Assembly: GCF_004010195.1 (NCBI RefSeq)
Contig: NC_057728.1
Span: forward strand, 52,468,401 to 52,532,400
Reading direction: 5' to 3'
DNA length: 64,000 nt
From: Chiloscyllium plagiosum
Taxonomy: Eukaryota
Below the pieces are notes generated by a model. That model made no database searches and had not been told where the DNA came from. It worked only from the letters and a program-made list of their open reading frames with translations. Every line of letters begins with the position of its first letter. Within the stretch, counting starts at the first letter, position 1. Below, piece by piece: positions 53,025-64,000 of this stretch. A program made the position numbers and the translations under genes.

Positions 53025-54738
53025 GTATTGTTATAATTACTCTGAATCATTGTATTCATTTAATTAAATGTTCAGTGTGCAAAATGTTCTGCATTGATCA
53101 TTAACAGTATAATTAAAATAGAATTGGGAACATTGCTTAATTCTAGCCAAGCACCAGGGTTAATTTCTGAAGGAATAGAATTGAAAAGCGGTTAAATTGT
53201 ATAGAGCAAAGGCAAAAGTTGCTGGAGAAACTCCGGTCTGGCAGCATCTATGGAGAGAGAGCAGAGTTAACAATTTGAGTCCAATGAGCTGCCTTCAGAA
53301 CTGGACTGTATCATGAACTGTTTTCTCTCCACAGACACTGCCAGACCTGCTGAGTTTTTCCAGCAATTTGGCCTTTGATTTGATAGATGTAAAGGAGATG
53401 GTTCCACATATTCGGGTTTGTGGTGAGTCCAGACTATGATGCACAAATACGTGATTCTCGTTAATAAATCCAATAAGAATTCAAGATAAGTTCTTGACTC
53501 TGAAAGTTTGGAATGTGGAACCTAGTACCACGTGGAGTAACTGAGGCAAATGGGACAAATGCATTTGAAGAGGAGCTGGATCAATCCATTTGGGAGAAAA
53601 GCTGAGGAGGGCTGATATGATTAGAAGTAGAGGATTTGGGAAACTCATGGAGGAGAAGCACAGACGTAGACTAGTTGGACCAAATGGCTTATTTTCAACT
53701 TTGCACATTCTGCCTAATTCTTGATATCATCTATTAACTTCCACAATGTTGTAACCCGCTGCCCTCTGGAACAACCCATAGCCAGTCCTCAAAGCCTCCT
53801 CACAGCTGTCCTCAAAGCCTCCATGAAAATATACAATGCCCTCAATAACTTGTCTGAATCTTTCGCCCAGTTCCACCCAACTTGATAAGAAGCATCTGTG
53901 AAGGAGCCATACATTTTGATAGTTTCCAACAAACCCAGATGGAGGCGAATTGCATGTTGGAATACTTAGAAATATGGATCCTTATTGGGGCACCATAATT
54001 TCTGTCTTTTCATGTGCAGTGTCATTGTAATTCAATGTCATTTGGTCCAAACCAGTATTTAGAACGATGCATGGTTCAGTGGTGAAAACAGATGGCATCT
54101 TATAAAAGGGAATTGGATAAGTAGGGAGAGAAGATTGCATGGAAAAGAACGGGTGCAGGGGATGAATTTGATGGCTATTTGAAAGAGCTAACATGAGCAT
54201 AATGGTCTCCTGTGTAGTGTGATTCGTATGTTTTGATGAATCCTGCAACAACGGACACATCATTCTACTAATACTGCTCTTGCAGCTGTAAAGTATTTAC
54301 TAAACAATAAGAATTGAGGATTGCCTTGTTAACGTGCTTTGGATTTTTAAAACATTAGTCTGTCATAAATGTGAGGGTCACAGCAACATTCCTGCTACAC
54401 CATTATCTCCCCTATGAGTCATCTTAACTGTTAACATTTTGGCAGGGCAGTTTTCTTCAGTTTTTGCACTTGGTTAAAGATTAGGAGCTGCCAATATCAG
54501 GTGAACCAAAATTTGGCAGAGCAACTAAGTTTGTATGGATTGTTTTCTTCAGACCAATGACAATGATTTACATGTTGCTTCTTAATCCACATGACGCACT
54601 GTGACTAAAATCAAATAAATTCATTAGGCAGTTTAACTCTGGTTGGAGAAAGTGAGGACTGCAGATGCTGGAGACCAGAGTTGAAAAGTGTGGTGCTGGA
54701 AAAGCGCAGCAGGCCAGGCAGCATCCGAGGAGCAGGAG

Positions 54739-54774
54739 AATCGACGTTTCGGGCATAAGCCCTTCTTCAGGAAT
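54739..54774 (-). ncRNA. Minimal hammerhead ribozyme motif, second Penelope-type family
   Basis: attc-CTGAAGA-a-gggc-ttat-gccc-GAAACGTC-gatt. Confidence 0.7.
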
Positions 54775-55262
54775 GAGGCTGGTGTGCCAAGCGGGCTGAG
54801 ATAAAAGGTGGCTGGGGAGAGACTTTGGGGGAGGGCCGCTGGGAATACGATAGGTGGAAGGGGGTGAGGGTCAACACCGCCCTCTTGACCTGCAATCATC
54901 TTCCTGACCTCTCCGCTTTCCCCCCCCCCCCCAAAAAAACAACATTTCCTCTTGTGGACATATTTGGGACAGGCCAGACTTTGAATTCTGGCTGGAGACT
55001 TCTCCAGGAGGTATTTGGGCAATCTTTAAGATTATCTTTGATCAAACATATTCTGATGGTATTTGGAAAATGTAGGCCATTGTAGATTGCCAATTCGGTG
55101 TTGTGCTGAGGGCATATTTGTGTAGGAAAGTACTATCTTTCAGAAATTAAAGAGTCATAGAGATCGGGGTAGTACAGAAAAAGGCCGCTCAGTACTATCC
55201 TCAATCTGGATTAGTGATGCTGGAAGAGCACAGCAGTTCAGGCAGCATCCAAGCAGCAGTAA

Positions 55263-55298
55263 AATCGACGTTTCGGGCAAAAGCCCTTCATCAGGAAT
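55263..55298 (-). ncRNA. Minimal hammerhead ribozyme motif, second Penelope-type family
   Basis: attc-CTGATGA-a-gggc-tttt-gccc-GAAACGTC-gatt. Confidence 0.7.
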
Positions 55299-55729
55299 AT
55301 CCTCTTCCTTCCCACCTATCCACTCCACCCTCTTCTCTGACCTATCACATTCATCCCCACCCCCATCCACCTGTTGCACTCTTTGCTACCTTTTCCCTGG
55401 CCCCACCCCTCTCCCATTTATCTCTCTACCCTGGAGGCTGCCTGCCTTCAGTCCTGATGAAGGGGTTTTGCCCGAAACCTGCTCCTCGGATGCTGCCTGA
55501 CCGACTGTGCTTTTCCAACACCACTTTAATCTCTGCCCTTAATCCAAAACCACCTATCCTAAATTAGCAGACCACTTGTGTCATTATTGTTTGCTGCATC
55601 ACGCAGTGATTTTCAAGACATACTGTATAAATTTGACTTCTCAATTCATAATGACTTTAACATATGTTTTATTAGCGTGAGGCTTTCTTCATTCTTCAGA
55701 AACTGGAGTTTCTGGTCAATAAAGAATAG

Positions 55730-56075
55730 AATAGATTAGAATCCCTACAGTGTGGAAACAGCCGTTTGGCCCAACAAGTCCACACCAACCCTCTGAATAG
55801 TATCCCACCCAGACCCCTTCCCCTACCCTATTACTCTACATTTCTCCTGACTAATGCACCTAGCCTACACATCCTTGAACGCTATGGACAATTTAGCATG
55901 GCCACTTCACCTAATCTGCACATGTTTGGACAGAGAGGGAGCTGGAGCACCCAGAGGAAACCCACACAGATACGGGGACAATATGTAAACTCCACACAGG
56001 CAGTCGTCTGAGGCTGGAATCGAGCCTGAGTCCCTGGCGCTGTGAGGCAGTTGTGCTAACCACTGAGTCATCACG
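55730..56075 (-). mobile_element. HE1-type SINE
   Basis: Reverse complement of the same consensus. Confidence 0.85.
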
Positions 56076-56677
56076 CAAAGTTATGGAATTGAAGTGCATC
56101 GTGTTTCAGCAAGTCCTGAAATGATTTTGAGTCTTTGACTATGCCATGACTTTGGGAATTCCTAACCTTTGGATACTAGACACAGAATTGCACACACGAC
56201 TCTTGGAACAAGCAATAAAATGGCAGAAGTCACATGTACGTACTTCCTTTCATGCTGTTAAAATGCCCCGGAGCCCTTTACAGTCAGTGAGAGGGTTTTG
56301 CAATGCTGTCATCGAAAGCATGGTAGTCAAGTTGTGTTTCTCAAGTTGCAATAAATATCAATGAGACAATGATCAAAGATTGTGGTGGATAAGAGATGCA
56401 CACAGAGCACATTATCAAGGTGAACTCTGCTATATTTTGACATCTTTTCCATCCAGTTGGAAAGGGGTTGGGCTTTGTTTTAATATTTCGCCAAGAAGAA
56501 GCCTGGTTGACTCCATGTTGGTAAAGGCAGATTGGGGTCGGTATTCACTTTATTTTTGCTATCATAACTGATTCAATTGAAACCTCTATTCCGCTGAACC
56601 AACAGCACTTAATGCTGTTTATTTTGTATTATTTTGTCAATTCATTGACTTGTTTTTCTTACTGTACTTTTCTTCAG

Positions 56678-56798
56678 GAATCTAAAGAAGTTGTCCTGGA
56701 TTGGTTTGACAATTCTGCTTGTTGCCCACACTAGCAAAACAATTTATCGCAATTGGGATTGGGAATCTGAATACACCCTATTCATGTCTGGTCTGAAG
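56678..56798 (+). CDS. TMTC3: TMTC3 exon 9
   Basis: [10 protein letters not shown]...[17 protein letters not shown]; cag| and |gtatga; 121 nt. Confidence 0.97.
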
Positions 56799-58034
56799 GT
56801 ATGATAAGGGGATGGAAATTAGATTAATATCCAGTAAGTTGAATATATTTTTCACAAAACCAGAAGTTTGGGAAAGTTCAGCAGGTCCAGCAGCATCTGT
56901 GAAGAGAAATCAAACCCTTCCTTAGAATATATTTATCAATTGGCTTATATCTTTTCCAAAGCTTTTGAAATGTTCTTTATTTGAGCTTTGTAGGACTCTC
57001 CTTTCAGGGAACATATTTTTAATCACACTGCAACTGATATGACAGAATGGAATGAAATGTAAACAAAAATGTAGCTGTTTTCTATATTTTTAAAAAATCA
57101 CTGGGAAGCAATCTATTTTAGTCTTGTTATTCTGTGCACGCAAATAGTGGTAGGACAAATAGAGAAGGCTGTCAAAAAAAGAACAGATGGAACCATTTCC
57201 TTAATAAAAATATCAGAAACAAGAGCAAAGATGTTTTGCCAAATCTTCATAAGACAGTGATGAATTCTCAACTGGAGTAGAGTTCAGTTTTGGCTCTGTG
57301 CTTTTAGGAGGATGTCAAAGCCTCGTCAAGATTCCGTGAGACGTTTGCTGGAATGTGTGAGGGACAAGGCATTCCCATGATGGGGAGATATGTGAAGTAG
57401 AGGCGTTCTATTCAGAGCAGCAAATGTTAGAATGGGGAGTTGATCGAGGTGTTCATAATCATGAATAGCTCTGATAGAAAAGCTGTTTCCAGTGGCAAAA
57501 GAGCTGACAGAGGGTACAGCTTGCAATTCACACAAGAGCCGGAGGCAGCATGAAGAACCTTTTTATAAGAAAGCAACTTGTTCTAATCTAGAATGGATTT
57601 ACAGGATGCTGAAAGATTTGTTTGTAACGTTCAAAAAAGAATTGGCTGAATACTCAAAGGCTAGAAATCGGCAAGGGGTTATGGGGCAAGAGCAAGGTAG
57701 CATGACTAATTGCATAGTTTCATCAAAAAGTTACCAAAGACGCAATGCAACAACTAACCTCTTTTTGCACTGCATTTTTAAATTCAGTTTTAATACAAAA
57801 GGGTGATGCAGCCTTCAAAGTTCTGTGTTCAGTTACAAATGTTTACCGTGGCTCTCATTTGTGTATCTTAACTTCAGTATTTGGACCTTGTGTCTGTGGG
57901 AAATTTGGGCAAAAAGGAGTCAATAAGTATATAAATAGTTTGGTGCCCATCTTTTAAAGTGGGTTTACAGGAATTTGGCAACCTTCAGAAGTTTTGCTCC
58001 CAAACTGTAATTACACATTTTTTCAAAATTAAAG

Positions 58035-58146
58035 GTCAATAAAAACAATGCCAAACTTTGGAACAACGTGGGACATGCTTTGGAAAATGAACATAATTAT
58101 GGGAAAGCTTTGAAGTTCTTCATTCAAGCCACTAGGGTTCAACCAG
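58035..58146 (+). CDS. TMTC3: TMTC3 exon 10 (TPR)
   Basis: [37 protein letters not shown](D); aag| and |gtaaca; 112 nt. Confidence 0.96.
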
Positions 58147-58851
58147 GTAACACAACCTCCATTAAGTTATAAAATAGTTGAGCAGTTAGAGATGGGTGTA
58201 TCCCTTCTGGTAATTGTTCACATCAGATGGGAAATGAGAGTTTAGATTGTGTACAGTTTAAATTGACATTGGCTGTGCTGATTGAACACACAGTCCATTA
58301 CGCGCATATTGCATGCATGTGTATGCATGATTGGAATATTTTGTGTTTTGCTATTGCACATGCGTTGCAAAATTCTAATCCAATTCTTAAGTCAAGGCAA
58401 AGTTTGAAGAAGAAAACCAACTCGACAACAAGAGCAAAATTTATGTGTTGGCAACTGAGAGATTTTTTTCTTTACCATGCTGTATTAATAAAAAAACTGA
58501 GACTTTTCCAAAGTCACTGTAAATAACCATATGAGCCAAGGGTGTGCCTTCCTTGCACATTACTATATCTGAGCCCAGTTTGTTGTTTGTTTCCTGAACT
58601 GTTGCTTTGTGAACTGGACTTTCAGGCCATCATTCATAATTTCACTAGCCCTGAAATGAGTGGCATTAAAATTGCAATATTGCTTCAGTATTCTGAATTG
58701 TTGAAACATCAAGCTGTTTTGGGAAGCATGTACTGAGAAACCTGCATGCGTCCTGTTGATGCATTTTAGATCAGATATGTGTAAAGCCAGTAGAATGTCG
58801 ATTAGTAACACTTTGTGGTGTGTTTTATTGTTTCTTGTTCTTACCACAAAG

Positions 58852-58955
58852 ATGATATCGGGGCCCACATGAATGTTGGAAGAACGTACAAAAACCTGAA
58901 CAAAACCAAAGAAGCAGAAGATGCCTACATGCTGGCAAAATCACTAATGCCGCAG
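58852..58955 (+). CDS. TMTC3: TMTC3 exon 11 (TPR)
   Basis: [34 protein letters not shown]; aag| and |gtatgc; 104 nt. Confidence 0.96.
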
Positions 58956-59159
58956 GTATGCTGAGCTTTCACAACGGCTCAAATCTTCTGACGCAACAGT
59001 TTATGCTAGGAGTGTCACTTAATGGACAGTTCTGAGGAAGAGTCATATTAGAAGAATATGATTTCTTTTTCTTCACAGATGCTGCCTAACATGTTGAATG
59101 TTTTGGCACTCTGTATTTATAATGAAGTGTAATACTTAACTTAATACTTAACTTAACAT

Positions 59160-59465
59160 GGGCGGCACAGTGGTTAGCACTGCTGCCTCACAGTGCCAGA
59201 AACCCGGGTTCAATTCCCGCCTCAGGCGACTGACTGTGTGGAGTTTGCACGTTCTCCCCGTGTCTGTGTGGGTTTCCTCCGGGTGCTCCGGGGTCCTCCC
59301 ACAGTCCAAAGATGTGCAGGGTCAGGTGAATTGGCCATACTAAATTGCCCGTAGTGTTAGGTAAGGGGTAAATGTAGGGGTATGGGTGGGTTTCGCTTCG
59401 GCGGGTCGGTGTGGACTTGTTGGGCCGAAGGGCCTGTTTCCACACTGTAAGTAATCTAATCTAAC
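59160..59465 (+). mobile_element. HE1-type SINE (young, CpG-retaining)
   Basis: gggcggcacagtggttagc...gggttcaattccc...gtaagtaatctaatctaa. Confidence 0.9.
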
Positions 59466-60133
59466 CTAATCTTAACTCTTGTATCTAAAAGGCCCAATTA
59501 TCTCTGGGCTGAGATCTTCAGGCTGTTGTCAGTGCATGACCCAATATGTAAGTGTGAGAAGCAATTTACTGCTTTTAATTTTCTTAGAATTGACAAGTAG
59601 TAATTATACAATTATTCAATTTATTAGAACATTAGGATCAAAATAGGTCAGTCAGGACCTTCAGAACCGCATTACTTTTGAATTAGTCTTCTCATTTTAA
59701 CTTCATCCTCCAGGCTCTGATTTTTCTAGTTGAAATCGCATATACCTCTTTCAATGTCAATGTTTTCTTCATACAATGTGTTGTCGAAAACGAGAGCAAT
59801 GCATGTGATGGTGTCTGACCAAAACTATTTCATTGCTGAAGCATAACTTTCTCCCCATCCTTTGAAATAAAGCAAAAGATGCATCAGGCTGGCTTTTTTT
59901 TAAATTCCAGATTTTATTGAATTCAAATTGTACTATCTGCCATAATGAGATTTGAACTCAGAACCTCAGGTTTTGGATTATTTACCCAGTAAAATTACCA
60001 TTATGCCACCACCTCCCACACAATGACTCATGAACCAGTTCCTTTGGACACCAACATTTCTAAATGTCTCCCCATTTAAAAAATATTATTTATTTTCAGC
60101 TAATGTGAATAACTTAGCACTTATTCACATTAT

Positions 60134-60437
60134 AGATTAGATTAGATTACTTACAGTGTGGAAACAGGCCCTTGGGCCCAACAAGTCCACACCGCCCCAC
60201 CGAAGCGCAACCCACCTATACCCCTACATTTACCCCTTACCTAACACTAGGGGCAATTTAGCATGGCCAATTCACCTGACCTGCACATCTTTAGGACTGT
60301 GGGAGGAAACCGGAGCACCCGGAGGAAACCCACGCAGACACCGGGAGAACGTGCAAACTCCACACAGTCAGTCGCCTGAGGCGGGAATTGAACCCGGGTC
60401 TCTAGCGCTGTGAGGCAGCAGTGCTAACCACTGTGCC
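60134..60437 (-). mobile_element. HE1-type SINE (young), inverted relative to the 59160 copy
   Basis: Near-identical reverse complement of 59160-59465; CATTATA flanking repeat. Confidence 0.9.
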
Positions 60438-61317
60438 CATTATATTCCATCTGCCATGTTTTGCCCATTTACTGAGGCTATCTAATAAAGCAGCTTAAAA
60501 TATTCTTAAATCTTTCTCACGACATACATTTCCACCCTGTTTTATGTTATCAGATTTGGACTGCTTGACAGCTCTCTCTACTGCTGTACAGTTCCGCTGT
60601 TTTTATAAATACTCAAGAATGTTTTGTGTTGAAGTTGAATGACTTTATTCTCTCATCCATGTTGCACTCCACTTGCCATAGTTTACCCACACTCTCAATC
60701 TGACTCTCCTTTTGCAACTGCCTGCCCTTACATATACTCCTTTTTACCCTTCAATGTAATGAGTGGAAAACTTGAATATTCAGTTCACTAATATTTCATT
60801 CAAGTCAGCACTTCTCAGAACCCATCAATCAAGATGGGTAATATTTCCTAATATTAAAGATCCTAGTACTGTATTTCCCAACTTCCAATCCAAGTCAAAA
60901 AGGTACTGCTGATTCCAGTCTTTTATTTTTGTTTCCGTCATTTTTGTTAGTCTTATCTGGAAACATACTGAATGCCTTATTGATGCTCGTGAAGATAACA
61001 TTCACCAACACTACTTTATCCATTTTATTTGTGATGTACTCAGTATAACTACATTTGAGAGCCAAAACTCGTTTTTCACAAAAGCATATTGGCGCTCTTT
61101 GAGCAGCGCATTTGTTCAACTGCTCAGTCGCAGTATATCTTGTATCCCTCCACGAACTGATGATGATTTATGTAGTTTTCCTTTCCACTCCTCCCTGATT
61201 AATAGATTGACACTTGTCAAAGTCACTTGCCTATTAATTTAAAACTACTTTCCTCTTAGTGATTTCTGTTAGTCCATTTAAACTTAGAAGAATAAAGAAG
61301 CTATGTAAACTTACTTG

Positions 61318-61634
61318 TGATTTGGAAGAGTCAGTGTTGGACGGGGGTGGACAAAGTTAAAAATCACACAACACCAGGTTATAGTCCAACAGGTTTAATT
61401 GGAAGCACTAGCTTTCGGAGTGCTGCTCCTTCATCAGGTGGTTGTGGAGTATAAGATTGTAAGACACAGAATTTATAGCAAAGGTTTACAGTGTGTTCCA
61501 GGTTTACAGTACATCACACTGTAAACTGCAATCTTATACTCCACAACCACCTGTTGAAGGAGCAGCACTCCGAAAGCTAGTGCTTCCAATTGAACCTTTT
61601 GGACTATAACCTGGTGTTGTATGATTTTTAACTT
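61318..61634. mobile_element. Palindromic Penelope-derived pLTR insertion
   Basis: About 105-bp inverted arms (about 61354-61460 and 61528-61634), each with a hammerhead motif; AACTTACTTG direct repeat at 61308-61317 and 61630-61639. Confidence 0.75.
61406..61440 (-). ncRNA. Minimal hammerhead ribozyme motif, third family
   Basis: cac-CTGATGA-a-ggag-cagca-ctcc-GAAAGCTA-gtg. Confidence 0.72.
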
Positions 61635-62563
61635 ACTTGGTCATGATGTTTGCCTTTATGTTAAATGTCTACGCTACTGTGAAAAATTTGACCTTTACAA
61701 TCCTATTTATTGCTACCACACATGCTGTAAGCATTGTTACAAAACTCACTCGTCCATGTTTAGTGGAGCTGCCATGTTCATTTAAACAAGGGTTTGTCTT
61801 CATTGCTAATATGAAAAACTGCAGTGATCAAACAATTGCTATCAATAATAAACTCAAAAAAGTGAGGAATGAAGCTTGTGGCTTGCCATCGTTGTATGAG
61901 ATCTGGCCTGTGATATCTGAGAGGGGTGCGATCTGTCAGGGGTAGGGGGGAAGCTGTAAGGATGAGAAGGAAACAGATTCCCTATTTTTTTCCCCCCCTC
62001 TGACCGTCCCCATCACCACCCTCCCTTTGCCCCTCATCACCCTCCCTCCCTCCCTCTCTTTCCCGTCATTCCTCTCTAAACTCCTGTTTCTTCAGTTGCA
62101 TGCACAATTTGTATATATAATGAAATTGCAATTCTACGTGATCATATAGAGCTGACTGCATATGCACGGATTAGGATTAGCTGCTCTCAAAGTCATTGCG
62201 CTTGTGTTTCTGGATTTGTGACAGTGCATTTGCAAGTGATTGTGGGTGTTGGTAGACACTGGCTTCCTATGTATTAGTGTCCCACTCCCGTAGTCTGTGA
62301 GAAGCTATGCCCCCTCTCTGTCGCCGCCACCTGCCCCCATTTTTTAAAACAAAAAGTCTGTGCATATGTAGGCAGACAGCTTTAAAGAGGAAACCAGTGT
62401 GTTAATGCTGTTCAAGAACAAGTTATTGCTGTGCATTGGAATGAACTAACTTTTTTGTTATGTTGCCTACGCCAATATTTGTATAAAATACAATTTGAAA
62501 AACCTATTAGAGAACTGAGATGCACCCATTTTGAATTTTTGCATGTTTTCTTTTTCGAGAAAG

Positions 62564-62733
62564 GTTATACCAGGAAAGAAGTACGCAGCACGAGTTGCAC
62601 CCAATCATCTAAATGTTTACATCAATCTCGCAAATTTGATTCGAGGGAATGAATCTCGTTTGGAGGAGGCTGACCAACTGTACCGCCAAGCAATCAGTAT
62701 GAGACCTGATTTTAAGCAGGCATACATCAACAG
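62564..62733 (+). CDS. TMTC3: TMTC3 exon 12 (TPR; gene continues right of the window)
   Basis: [56 protein letters not shown](R); aag| and |gtatag; 170 nt. Confidence 0.96.
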
Positions 62734-62916
62734 GTATAGAATCCTCAAAACGTGCTGTGCAGAAGGAGGCCAAGTAATCCACTATGTCTGTGCTGGCTCT
62801 TTGAAAAGGCAGCTGTGCTTAATTTTGCTGAATCTAACTTTCCTGCTTTTTGTCTCTAACCCAGTTGTCCTTAAGAATCTGTGTAATTCCCTTTTAAAGA
62901 AGATATTTATCTTTTA

Positions 62917-63226
62917 TTAGATTAGATTCCCTACAATGTGGATACAGGCCTTTTGGCCCAACAAGTTCACACTAACCCTCCGAAGAATAACCCACCCAGA
63001 TCCATTTCCCTCTGACTAATGCACCTAACACTATGGGCAATTAAGCGTGGCCAATTCACCTGACCTGCACATCTTTGGACTGTGGGAGGAAACCGGAGCA
63101 CCCGGAGGAAACCCACGCAGACACTGGGAGAATGTGCAAGCTCCACACAGGCAGTCGCCTGAGACTGGAATCGAACCTGGGACCCTGTGAGGCAGCAGTG
63201 CTAACCACTGAGCCACTGTGCCGCCC
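62917..63226 (-). mobile_element. HE1-type SINE
   Basis: Reverse complement of the consensus with A and B boxes. Confidence 0.88.
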
Positions 63227-64000
63227 CTATTTCACCACCTACTCAGTGAACCGGATTCTAACAGCTCTATGTGAAAAGGTCTTCCCATTGCCTCTCTTCA
63301 TCTTTTGCTTCTGGTTTTAAATCGACGATCTCTGATTAATGACCCACTTACCAGGGGAATGATTTGTCTACTCAAAATCTCTCATCGTCCTGGAAACCTC
63401 TTTTAGGTCACTATAGCAAAGCCTTTGTTTTCTGCTTTGTTGATAAGGATGTTGTTTGTTCACGGCTTGAGAAGATACCAATGGTGAGAAGTCCTCTTGA
63501 GCCCCTTAAAGCAGGTTGATAGGGCAGAGTGGCTTGCTCAGTCATTTTAAGAGTAAACTGAAATGTCAGTCACATTGGTGTGGATTTGAAGTCACTGTGG
63601 GCAAGACAGGGTAATGACACTTGCTTCCCTAAAATAAATTAGTGAACCAGATGTGTTTTTGTGCAATCTGGCAACCTCATAATCACTTTTAATAAATAAG
63701 CTTATTACTCCTAGGTTTGTTTAACAACTGAATTCAGATTTTCATAACTGCCATAGTAGGATATGGGATTGCTTTCTGAGGTACTAGTTCAATCATTTCT
63801 GTTGACATATTTGTCCATATAATAGAAACTTCTTTAAATGATCTCCACTGTGATTAATTGGAGGTTAAGTTCAATGTGCTCCATGTATGCTGCAAGCAAA
63901 ACACTGCTGAAGTTTGTTAGAAACTTATGTTGAGAGCTTAGGAACATGAGTAGGCCAGTGGCTCATTGTACCTGCACCATCATTTTATAGTATCGTGGCT

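Larger units (their letters stand above)
54645..55535. mobile_element. Two Penelope-derived pLTR fragments (about 54645-54920 and 55205-55535)
   Basis: Share the ggcagcatcc...gacgtttcgggc motif with copies at about 24197, 32505 and 44112; the second is partly palindromic. Confidence 0.7.

Noticed and set aside
53787..53825. 15-bp direct repeat GTCCTCAAAGCCTCC
   Set aside because: Isolated local micro-duplication with no associated structure
59160..59235. Possible tRNA genes (A and B boxes)
   Set aside because: They are SINE heads continuing into the SINE body and tail; no complete cloverleaf seen

Overview
Vertebrate genomic DNA, very probably from a shark (inferred from HE1-type V-SINEs, HER1/CR1 LINEs, Rex1/Babar and Penelope-like elements). 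It contains the head-to-head CEP290/TMTC3 locus. The CEP290 5' end is on the minus strand (4 coding exons at 1371-3713, putative non-coding exon 1 near 9.9 kb). TMTC3 is on the plus strand (putative first exon(s) near 12.9-13.2 kb, then 11 coding exons at 22602-62733, 1706 coding nt, continuing past the window). Introns are dense in retroelements. The most notable non-genic structures are four. (1) A 3.3 kb two-LTR endogenous retrovirus-like element, antisense in TMTC3 intron 2, with TSD, tRNA-Ser PBS, PPT, a decayed integrase remnant and an array of tRNA T-arm/B-box hairpins in its leader. (2) About ten Penelope-type minimal hammerhead ribozyme motifs from three families. (3) About 2.4 kb of nested retroelements separating the two divergent promoters. 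(4) A candidate in-frame upstream ATG for TMTC3. No prokaryotic system or CRISPR array is supported. All homology calls are from recognition, not database searches.
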